Below, in pieces: positions 29,032 through 39,899 of a stretch of 64,000 nt of DNA. The stretch covers positions 56,978,001-57,042,000 of the forward strand of contig CM060732.1 in NCBI GenBank assembly GCA_030704615.1. The letters run 5' to 3'. The stretch comes from Takakia lepidozioides. Lineage: Eukaryota; Plantae; Bryophyta. Each line of letters starts with the position of its first letter. The stretch's first letter is position 1. Under the pieces are notes generated by a model that had not been told where the DNA came from, ran no database searches, and worked only from the letters and a program-made list of their open reading frames with translations. A program made the translations under genes and the position numbers.

Positions 29032-30999
29032 TATCGAGGCCAGAGGAGTCAAGGGCACAACACCGGTTTAGAAAAGTGACAGGCAAAGGCCAACCATCTT
29101 TGACAAAAGATAATTTCAATGAGTTGCTAGGCTCATGTATGTTGGCATTGCTTTCTTAATCACTTCACTATTTCTATATATATTTTACTATAGATCTATT
29201 TTACTGTACTTTTAATGAATTTGTGTACTAAATTAGGGGTGTTGGAGAACAATTCCGATAATTCTCATTTTGAAGTATGTGACCTGAGATGAACTGATCA
29301 ATTCATGTGGTTGTATCTTAATACAAGTTTATCTATGAACTGAGTAACAAGGATTAATTTAAACTGAATGTTATTTTGGGCCTTCTATTGTGTGAAAAAA
29401 GAATATTTTATATTTTAAAGAACATTGTATACTGGATTATTTTTTCCACCATTTTCAATCTATTTTCAGGGCTATGTTCCTTTTTTCCCAAAATTATGTA
29501 TATATCTATAAGATGTTCATGTGGGTACAATGGTTGAAATCTAAGGAAGCAATGTTGGATGCAGAACAGCTCCCGTACACGATAATATGTTCAAATATGT
29601 TGACACGGATGGAGATGGAACTATTAGTTTTAGGGAAATTCATGAAGAGATTAAAACCTTTAGGGCTATGAGATCCTCTGACGCTAAGCTTCGAGGTTAG
29701 TTATTCATATTCTTCTTGATATTGATATTTAAATAAATGATATAGTGTTATTGACTAAGATTCACATTTTACAGTAGCAATATAATATAGTGTTATTGTG
29801 TAGTTTTATAGCAAGTTAACTTCTGAACATTTGTGATAAAAAGACTGACCTCCAACGATAGGTCAGTTGATAGTGCACTGATTGCCATTTTGGTGATTCT
29901 GGGTTCAAATCCTGCTTCCTCATTGGGTGTGGTATTGATTAGTACCATGTGCTGCCTTTCTCCTTTCACTATAATGCAGGGGCCTGATTTGTGAGCAGTC
30001 GCTCCCAGGTTTTTCCCTTCACAATAAATAAATAAACAAATGTATTCAATAAGAGTTTGACACACAAAGAGCAAATATTCCAAACTTGAATGCTTCTTTT
30101 ATGGGACACAGCTCCCCTTTGTGTTACAAATGCTCAAAAAAAATGAAAAAAAGAAAAGAAAACAGATACATTAATTATTTTGAACCCTATATGAAATTTA
30201 CATATATTTAATAAAGGCCATTGCTTATGATTCAACATGCAGTTTTATACAATTATTATGACTCGAATCACGACGGTAAGATTTCTAGGTCGGAGATTGC
30301 AGATGCTATGATGGTTGCATGCGGCCAATCATTACCGCAAATCCAACTAGAACAGGTGTGTTATCTAATCAATATAATAAGATAAATGCAACCTTCAAAA
30401 AATTAAGATTAATTTGTGCTTGTGCAAAGTAAAAAATTGAATAGTCGTGATCTATGATGTTAAGTTGGACTTGTATCAAACTCAAATTTCTATCTTTGGC
30501 GAGGACGTGTACAACGGCGTGACATCGGATTGGCCAATCAAACAAAGTTGCACTATCTCTAAATTGCGGCTGATTGCTTCTAATAATCATAGCAGCATTG
30601 TCATTGTAGAGGTTTCATGGAATCCATCATTTAGGCCGACACCTTTGTGACACCAATCGGTGGATTGAACCCACAACCACTTCCGAGGTGGTATGTGCCC
30701 ATTACCAGTGTGCTAAAACTTGGCTGTCCATGTTTTGTCATAGTTGTTTCCTGGGGTTTCACACTTCTCAAGTTTTCAAGTTTTGACATTACACAACACA
30801 AGCCTTTAGCTTAGTTACAATGGCTAACCTTTTGAATTTGTTAGCATATCATCGCATAATTCTCATAATCTCTTGCACAATGCATCTTGTGAGTTCCACG
30901 ATGGAGACGTTTGATATTGACAAGGACGGATTTTTGAATTTTAATGAGTTCAGTACACTCATGCGCAATTCAGTTTCAGGGTTGGAATCAGTGATTTGA
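29032..30999 (+). pseudogene. Calcineurin-B-like EF-hand gene (exons about 29032-29136, 29565-29695, 30243-30355, 30886-30999); start not resolved, possibly defective
   Basis: Manual translation: SRPEESRAQHRFRKVTGKGQPSLTKDNF; MFKYVDTDGDGTISFRE...DAKLR; YDSNHDGKISRSE...GQSLPQIQLEQ; LVSSTMETFDIDKDGFLNFNEF. The last acceptor reads CAT rather than CAG. Confidence 0.75.
30635..30730 (-). mobile_element. tRNA-derived SINE head fragment in an intron
   Basis: Minus strand has an A-box-like TAGCACACTGG and a B box GGTTCAATCC. Same family as 49340-50092; a 3' fragment of the family is at 22785-22855. Confidence 0.6.
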
Positions 31000-31506
31000 T
31001 GAACCCTTGGGCATCTGACTAACCAAAATCAACTAGTAAAATTTTTCACCACACATAACCTAAATCATGTGTGCATAAATGAATTTATTTTGTTGTATTG
31101 TTACAAATTTCTCAAAAGGTTAATCTACTTTCATGCTTGAGGTTGGGGTATGCATCCTGCAAAATTGATGGTTTGAATCAAAAACAAATATCTATGTACC
31201 ATATAACATATTTCCATGATTTCTCAAGTAAATGCATGAAAAACTATTTTGCAATGGGTTCCGATTATTTCTGCCCTTCTTACCTAATAAATTGTGTCCT
31301 TCAAATTTTTGCGATGATCAAAACAAAATATGGACCACAAGTAGCTCAGTTGAATGTGCATTGAGTGCCTGGACCTAGGTGAGTTTTGGGTTGAAATCGT
31401 GCTACATTATTGTGTATGGTGTTATCTTTTCTCTCTTCCCTTGAGCAATTTTGAAGAGCCTTGTGCTGGCACCTCACAGCAAGGTTATTTTCTCCTCTAA
31501 CTTTAA

Positions 31507-32600
31507 TTAAGTGGCCCGATTATAGCTTGATTTTTTTTTATCTACCCTTGTACTTGCCAGAACAACCGTCGAAGTTGATACCATTCGGGTCAAATTCTCC
31601 ATTGCAAATGCAATTACGTTAGGATTGCACCGGTAGAAAAACTTGTATCCCTCAGACCCGGGACGATGTCCAATGTGCTTATTATGGACATATATAGTGA
31701 TTGGTTCTTCAACATTGGTCTTGTCAATGTCGTTTTGGTGTTGTAAACGAACCATAACCTTAAGAAGAAACTCGCAATTGCATTTTTTTGATATGCTTGC
31801 CCTTCTCTCATGTGACCAGTTTTGTGGAACGTTCTTGATCTGTATCCGTTTTTCGTTTTTTTCCACTTTGATAACATTGAAGACCGTGATGCGTTTGGTC
31901 TCACTTGTCTTTGTATACTTCACACATCTCAACACAACATGTTTTGTGCAAATTTCATTAAGGGTTATCTCTAAAGACTCGTTGGAAACATTGTAAATCT
32001 CGTCCCAAAATGATGTGACGTATCCCACATGATTCCATTTAAACCACATTCTGGCTTGACCTCTATAATCGCAAGTAGTTGGTTACCGCTGAAGATAGCG
32101 GCAGCTGGCTCCTCCATAGCAGGGCGCCCTATTTCTTTCACGTCAGAAAGATCAGGATGTTGTATTTCGAGGATTTCTTGCATGACCTGTACCAATTGCT
32201 TTCTGCGGCATTCCTCAGTACCATTGCATATTACACAATCCCTCCACGACCTTCCCACAATTTGTCGAAATTTCTTCTTGTCCATGCAACCGGTCCCGAA
32301 ATAATGCAAAATACATGTGCGCCAACTGGTTCGGCATACCAATAGCTAAGGCTGGGCAACGGTTGTGGAGCACTAGTCCCCCTGAGGACTCCTGCAGCTT
32401 CCACATAGTTTTGTACTGCTTCGCAGCTGCTGATGGCGAGATCTTAGCATCCTGGAACCGTCGAATATAGTTTGCTTCGTTGGTCACTGTGGCAGAGACC
32501 ACCCCCCCCCCCCCCAGTAAGTGAGACAGAGGTTCAACAACTATCCAATTCTGAGCTGCATTATAATGGTGGAATACCACCTTGTCTTTCATCAGTGCTC
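31507..32600 (-). pseudogene. Possible Mutator/MULE-type transposase N-terminal remnant (WRKY-GCM1/FAR1-like zinc domain)
   Basis: RRASISKKCNCEFLLKV...IYVHNKHIGH fits the SxKxxC...HxxH pattern; no DDE core seen. Confidence 0.45.
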
Positions 32601-33886
32601 CAAGTATGTTTTATAGTAGTAAGCGTACGGTTGAATGGTAAGTGATTATCGCTAGTGTGAGCTACGAAAATGATGAACGCCATGGTTCTAAACAAAAGAC
32701 TTGTCTGTCTTTCGGATCAGTTTGTCATGCTGCATATTGATGTTGGATCTTACTGACCCCTAAGTTAAACTATCGGTTGACGGGGCCTTGACTGTTCTGA
32801 GGAGGCTTTGAGCCGTGCGCATTCCATTCGGGCTTTGCATTAGCTGAAGGGTTTTGTATCAGCGCTATGATTCTGGCCGTCGCTCGTTTTCTCTCTTGCT
32901 TAGGTGCCTCCTGATTCTGTTGAGTGCTAGATAGATCAGATCTGGCTCTGAAAGAGTTTGTTTTGTCGATCGTCCGCATATAGAGATTTGTCAACCACTT
33001 GCTGGCGGTTTATGGGGGGATGGAATCAGAAAATGGCTGTGACATTTGGAAGTGATGACTCTGAAGTGTCTGTCCTTGGCAACCCTGGCGGTGCAGATTG
33101 GCGTGTACTTAATTTAGTGCTCAGATTCTTACTTTATGAAAATGTTCGGTGAAATGCTCCTAGTTTTTGGTAATAGGATGTACTTCTGGCGATACAATAG
33201 TGCAATCTATTAGTAGCCAGGAAAGTGACTATAACGTGCAAGCGGATAACAGTACATGCATGCAACCATTGCATTCACTAACCTTTTTCCAGGCCAGAGT
33301 GGTTGCTAGTCATTGAAATCTTAAAGTGTGAGGTGTTCTTCTACCCAAACTAGGGTGGTGACAAACCGGTATATGACTAGGTCACCACTATCCCAGTTTC
33401 TCATGAGCATTAAGAATTGATATCGATCTTCACATTGGTTGGTCTCAAATCTCTTATCCATTCCTGGTGATCTCTTAATTCTTGTAGCTTCCATGTCGTG
33501 CGCATACATATCGCTACACAACTACATCGCTGTCCAAAACCACACAACACATGTGCACGCCACACACTAGTATATCACTAGTCCACCACTAGTCCAGCCA
33601 CTAGGCTACAACTAGTCAGTCACTAGGCTGCCACTATGCTGCCCACTATGGCAGTCACTAGTCCACACAATGATAAAGTAGAAGAATACAAGCACAAGCT
33701 CATGCGAGCTCACAAAGCTGAAGCATAAACTCATGCATATATAACCTCATCATTCAAATACAAGTCAAGCCAAGTGCACCCCACACCATGGGGAATCCAC
33801 ACTACGACGCCATAGCTAGGCGCGGTGAGGCTCAACTCGAGAAAGATGAGCCTCCCGCGCTTGCCGTGAAGATAACCAATCCAGGG

Positions 33887-36800
33887 TGTCAAGTTATTTT
33901 ACCACTAGTGTGAAACTAGCTAGGAAATAGCTAGCTTTTACATATTGATATTTGGGATTGGCCCAAGTGTCAATCCAGGGGTCAAGGCAGATTTAGCCCC
34001 TGGAGTGGTTATCTTCACGGCAAGCGCGAGAGGCTCCTCTTTCTCGAGTTGAGCCTCACCGCGCCTAGCTATGGCGCCGTAGTGTGGATTCCCCATGGCG
34101 TGGGGTGCACTTGGCTTGACTTGTATTCGAGTGATGAGGTATATATGCATGAGTTTATGCTTCAGCTTTGTGAGCTTGCATGAGCTTGTGCTTGTATTCT
34201 TCTTCTTTATCACTCGAGAAAGATGAGCTCGTATCTGTGAGTGCCATAGCGAGTTAGTTGTAGCACTTGTGGTTTTTGCTTGAGATGAGAGAAACCAAGT
34301 TGTTATGCAAGGAGCACCGTGGAGCTCTGGTTGTTAGAAGCGGAGGTGAATGTGGGTTACAAGGTGGTAGACCTTGGCATTCAATCTTCAGCTTCAGAGA
34401 TGAAAGCACCATGCTGCAGGATTGCAAGACCAAGCGAAAGGGCTGATTTGGCTTGGGGGCAAATCAGTGCACTTGTGGAGTATGTTGAGATTGGGTTTCA
34501 ATCTCGAGCTTCAGCATTGAGAGGGCTCTTGTTCATGGCAAAGCAAGGCTAGAACAGGAGGTAGCTAGAGGTGCGGCAAGCCTGGAATGTGCACCTAGGG
34601 TTTCATCAGAGCTTGGAAGAAGAGCTCTTGCACCACAAGAGGAGTGTCTTGTGGCTGGAAAATGTAAGCCTTAGGTTTCAAGAGCTTGGCAAGGGGCTGT
34701 GGAGTGCTTAGTTCTTGTCTTGGAGAGCATCAGGAGCTAAGGAGCCAAGATAGGGGGCTGATACCTCTTGTGTGAAGAGGTTGCATGTGTGGAGCATGTA
34801 TTCAGCTCATTGAAGCTTCCATCTTCAAGCTTGGAGGCAGCAAGGAAGAGGAAGGGCTGACTTCCCTTATGTGAGAGCAATGCATGTGTGGAGCATGCTT
34901 TCAGCCTGTTGAAGGCTTGTACTTTCAGGTTTGGGAGTGCAAGAAAGGAAGGGGCCTGGTTTCCCTGTAGGGCATGTGTAGAGCGTGCTTCCAGCCCGCT
35001 GAAGCGTGTATTTTCAGGTTAGTGGGTGCAAGAAAAAAGCAAAGGGGCTGATTCCTCTGGTGGTGAGAATGGGGCATGTGTGGAGCCTGCCTTCAGTCCA
35101 TTGGGCTTTTGTTTTCAAGTTTAGAAAACTAGAAGAGAAGGTAAGGGGCTGATCTGCTCTATGTGACAGTCCGACACTTGTAGAGCGTGTTCTGAGTTGG
35201 GGTTTCAACCTCAAGCCTAGATAGAGCATGGCTCTTGAAGTGGCAGGTGTAGGGGTTGGAATAGGCTCTAAGACAGATGCTATGGCAAAGGAAACGCTTG
35301 AATGAGTGCTCACAAGGGCTGGAAACCAGCAAGGCTTGGTTGTTTGCCATTGAGTTTAGTGGCGTGTTTGGGGAGTCTAAGTGAGAAAGAAGGCTTGGTT
35401 TGTGGCAACCATCTTCCTCATGGCTTAGGGCTACTATTGGTGGTGTGTGGGAGCCGAAAGAGCAAGAATACCTTGCTGATTTCTTCACAGCCGCCATAGC
35501 TCGGTGCAAAGAAGCCTAGAGTCCAGAAACACAAACCCTAGCTTGGCGTGGCTAACCCCCTTGGAGAAATGGCTAAACTGTCATGAGTGGCCTGTGGGGC
35601 TGTGACGGGCTGTGACAGGCTGTGCATGGTGGCCTGTGGGTTCGTGACGGGCTATGAGGGGCTGTGACAGGCTGTGCCCTGTGGGGCTGTGACGGGCTGT
35701 GATGGGCTGTGATGGGCTGTGATGGGCTGTGGCGGGCTGTGACAGGCTGTGGTGGGCAGTGCCCTGTGGCCTGTGGTTGTGACGGGCTGTGACACGTTGT
35801 GATGGGCTGTGAGGGGCTGTGATAGGCTGTGGGCTATGGCCTGTGGGGCTGTGATGGGCTGTGAGGGGCTGTGGCTTTTGGGGCTGTGACTCCTGTGACC
35901 TGTGTAGGGCTATGACAGGCTGTGCCATGTGGCCTGTGGGTCTGTGATGGGTTGTGAGGGGCTGTGATAGGCTGTGGCGGCTGGGACAGCTGTTGCCCTG
36001 TGGCCTGTGGGGCTGTGACCCTGTGACCTTTGTAGGGCTGTGACAGGCTGTGCCTGTGGCCTTTGGGGTTGTGATGGGCTGTGACAGGCTGTGACATGTG
36101 GCCTTTGGGGTTGTGATGGGTTGTGGCCTGTGTGGGGCTGTGACGGCTGTGACAATGATCTGTGTGGGCCTGTGCTGGTCTGTGGTGGCCCGTGTTGACC
36201 TGTGGACGGCCTGTGCTGACCCGTGGAGGCACTGGTGGACTGCCTAAGGACTCGCATGTGGTCTTGAAGGCCGAATTTTGAAGCTCGTGGAGGGCGGTTT
36301 GAGGAGTATCTTCATGGTATTCCTATGGTCATGCAAGTGAGGGAAGAGAGGAGAGGAAGAGTGTTGGGATGAGGGCATTCTGGGGTTAGGTATTGTTTTA
36401 GCTTCTCTTCCTCGTAGTTTCCACCCTCTCATTAGGCCAAGACCTTTCCGTAGGTGGAGGCAAGAGTCAGTCTGGGTTTGGGCTGGGGTGTCCTTGCAGG
36501 AGCAACACCGTGGAGTTGTTTTTTGGTGTGGGGGAGTTGTCGTTCTGATTTCTTGTGTTTGGATCCCCTCCATACCTGCATGCTTGACTGTGCGCCATGC
36601 TAGTTTTGTGTGGGTGCTTGATTGGTCCGGATTAGATCACCGGCCAGTCCTAGAGCATGCTGTCGATGATGAGGCTGGGGTGATGACCAGCCAGACCATC
36701 ATTGTTTCTCCTGTGGTGAGGTTGGAGGTGATGACCAGCCAACCATAGGAATGCTTGCGGTGGATGCAGGTACAGGTGTAGGCTATGTTAGAAACTTAGT

Positions 36801-37332
36801 ATTCCAAACCATAAGCCGCAACAGGTTCTCTACTACCCGGTTACCTGTGGAGAGGGGGTTAGGGACATGTTCATGACCGGTTGAGTGTCAACACGGAGGT
36901 GCCACTAGTTTTTGGGGACAGTGCCGGTTCGAGCACTAGCGATACTAGTGGGTACACGAGACGAGGTGTGCGGTTTAGGCCACCTTCACCTCCTGTGTCT
37001 TCTACGGAAGGTTCTGATTCGGATTGTGAATCAGGAGGACTCATACCGGCGATGCAAGTTGTTTCCTTGCCATTGATGTGGGACACAATGGAGGAGATGT
37101 ATGGAGCTACCAAGGGGCGACAAAGGTACTCTGGGGCGGTGGGCACCATCGAGTTGGATGATTTTATCCAAGAGTTTGATAGTTGGTGTGATTTGCAGCA
37201 AATGCGCAATCCACAACTATTTACGCCTTTCATGGCATGGAAGGGGCTGTTTCAGCACCTTGAGGGGCCGCCTATGGATGATTACCATGAGTTCAGGCGG
37301 GGGCATGAGGTTGAGATCGAGGAGTGGAGGAT
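33887..37332 (+). mobile_element. 5' fragment of a third family copy (B repeat, leader, gag start) in inverted orientation inside copy 2
   Basis: Begins exactly at the TGTCAAG of B, inside the 3' B repeat of copy 2. It is the reverse-complement homolog of 42057-45417 and fuses to integrase sequence at about 37331. Confidence 0.9.
35585..36235 (+). repeat. GGGCTGTGA(C/T) about 10-bp minisatellite in the element leader
   Basis: Dozens of degenerate GGGCTGTGAC/GGGCTGTGAT/GGCCTGTGG units. Confidence 0.9.
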
Positions 37333-38345
37333 CAAGGCTTTATCACACAAAGTCTGAAACTCCCCCAAGAACTCTCTCCCTTGGTCCGTGAGCACCTCAG
37401 CTGGAGCACCAAATCGGCTAAGCACACGATCCAAGAATGCATACACAGCCCCCTCACTAGCCTTATCAGGCAATGGAACCAACTCAATCCACTTGGAGAA
37501 GTGCTCCACCATCACCAACATATATCTGTGGTGGCGCATAGTCAGTGGCAACGATCCTGCGAAGTCAAGACTCCACCTGTAGCCCAATCCCATGATTGGT
37601 AAATGATGCAACTGTGGTGTAGGGGCGTTGAATGAAGCATGCACCCTGTCATACACCATGCACCTAGCCACGAACTGTTGTACCTCTGTATGCATACCAC
37701 GCCACCAATACTGCCCCTGCAGTAAACTGTGAGTGCGTCGCATTCCAAAATGCCCCAACTCCTCATGGGCATGTCGCACTAACCGTGCACGCTGTGTGGG
37801 GTGAGGCACAATCCTCACCCGACCATCCTCCCACACTCGAAGTAGGTGTATCCCCTCCCACTTGAACCTCTTGGCTCGTTGCAGGATCCGATCCCTCTCC
37901 CTGGCAGTCACAGTGGCTGCCGTGTCTCTCGTGCGGAGGTAGTCCAACACAGCCGAATCCTCATGTATATCTCTGGCACCACCTGGCTCATCACTAGCCT
38001 CAGGGTCCTCAGACACTCCGTCTACAGTCATCCCTGTTGTAGGTCCAACCTGACCTCCCAGAGATCGAGTCCTCATCTGAATCAAAGACCTCTCCATGTC
38101 ACTGTATCTATAGGGTCTCCGAAAGATTGGCGTGTCAGTGGCCAACTCAATATGGATCTCTTGACCCTTCAGTGCTCCCAAGTCCTTCAAACTGAAGGCA
38201 AAACAATTCTTGTAAGCCCTCAGGAACCGCTGTATATGTCGTCTCTCTCCTCCGGTGACAATGGGTCCAATGTCAGGCTCCCAATTGTCCTCCGTAACTA
38301 CAACCTTAAGTCTAGTGGGCTTAGAGGTAGAGGATGCATCCAGTG
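37331..38345 (-). pseudogene. RT start fused to integrase by an internal deletion; integrase truncated
   Basis: Joins copy-1 positions 411 and 1722 through GGGAGG microhomology (CCTCCC at 38054-38059). IN HHCC, LDFAGS and TDQGREF are present. Confidence 0.88.
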
Positions 38346-38649
38346 GTTGCTATGTTGCAACCTCTTGAGTAGTACTCCCTACCTGCTCAGTCAATGACAA
38401 GGCCTCATCTTGCCCCATCATCTCATCCTTGAGGACTTCCTCAACCTGAGAAAAATCCCCAGCCTCATCCATCACCACCACCTTGGCTGCCAACTCCCTC
38501 TGAACCTCGAGCACCTCCCACGTGTGCCATAGATGCCTGCACCCCGTGGTCCTCATATGCTCGCCCCCACTTACTGCCTGTACCGTCTCGGTAGGCAGAG
38601 AGACCATCGAGGGAAGTGTACTCCGCACTCTGCGTTGCTCAGCCATAGC

Positions 38650-39602
38650 CAAGCTGATAATCCAGGTCAAGCAATTGAGATCCATTGCTTGCCCCAACAC
38701 CTGACGACGTGATGCCTCAGAAAGAGACGACACCGTCGTGGTACCAGTGATAAAACCCATTGCCCGCTCACGCTCGTCAGCATTAGGCTCCACTAACTGT
38801 TGCAACTGAGCATTCTACAGGAGGCCAGGTCCACAATCCCGGAAAGCATGCGATCCTGGGAAGCTGAGCAATGTAGGTAATGATGTTCGTGGTTGACCCA
38901 CCTTGTTGACCACTGCCAAAGGCAAACGGTCATCGTGTCTCACACGCTGAGACTACCTCCCTGTGTCCAGAATGTTATCTACTGTGAGATGTGTTGGCCG
39001 TTGTACCCCATCAAAAAACGCTTGAGCAGTGCGGGTGGCATCAAGTTAGTCCACCATAGCCATGGACGATGAGCCTGTGACCCCACTGTAGTTGCATCTA
39101 GTAACACTGCTGACCCAAGCCACGACCGAACTTGATGCACACTGGCCATCATCCTGGCCCGAGAATCGCCCATCAGTGGCACATTCTCTAAGATGTATGT
39201 TGGAGATACAGCTTGATGAAGCTGCAAGTGGCGCAAAACCCGCACCATCTCCCAAAATAGACCCGACCTCGAGTCTCGTAATCCATTGCCATGCCCGGCT
39301 GATGAATGCCCTTAGCAGGGCCAACCTGCCACTACCAGATCAATGGAGCCAACCCGCTCCAAATCATGCGCCCCCAGCAACGAAATGTCTACTGGCAAGG
39401 CCTGCTGATATCCACGAACTGCAGCCACCGGCAACAACTCAGGGTACCGCTACACCAACTGAGCAACATGGCAAAGTGAAATGCGTCGTGCAGTCTCATC
39501 CCTCTCCACATACAGGTAACGCCGAACTCGTACACATGCCTGTAACACAGCAGCCAATCCGGTGCTGATCCCGCCAAACAAGTCCAGAAGGCAAATGCCT
39601 TC
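38650..39602 (-). pseudogene. DNMT3-like C5 cytosine DNA methyltransferase domain within pol
   Basis: Manual translation: motif I ICLLDLFGGISTG; II YLYVERD; IV IDLVVAGWPC*GHS; GLRDSRSGLFWE; VI YILENV; VIII AHRPWLWWTNL; IX ERERAMGF; X RRQVLGQAM. Four internal stops and one frameshift. Confidence 0.92.
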
Positions 39603-39899
39603 ATCCGGATACTGTCACACAATAGGTGTGGTGTCCAATGGAGACAACTGAGGTGGTCCTGGTGCGATCCCCGCACTTTCCTCCTCTCCTGACAGTACAA
39701 AAGCCTCCACCCAGACTTGTTGCACCCGTCGATCAGCATCCCGCTGCAAATCCTTGCTCGTGCCCCACAATGGAGTCTGAGCAACCATGGTAGGCAACTC
39801 CGCCATACCATACATGTCATCCTACTCTCCCAAAGATTGCACATCCTCTGAATGAGCGTTGCCCTCAAGCAACTCTCCAGGCCAACTCACTACCGCTGT

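Noticed and set aside
29850-29920. tRNA gene (also 31335-31405)
   Set aside because: A- and B-box-like motifs are present, but I could not fold a convincing cloverleaf; more likely decayed SINE heads.
35581-36257. His/Ser/Pro/Thr-rich ORFs (also 43139-43534)
   Set aside because: They are translations of the GGGCTGTGA minisatellite.
39092-39868. ORF-track proteins at 39092-39568 (+) and 39389-39868 (-)
   Set aside because: They are shadow frames. The meaningful frame is the stop-interrupted DNMT frame.
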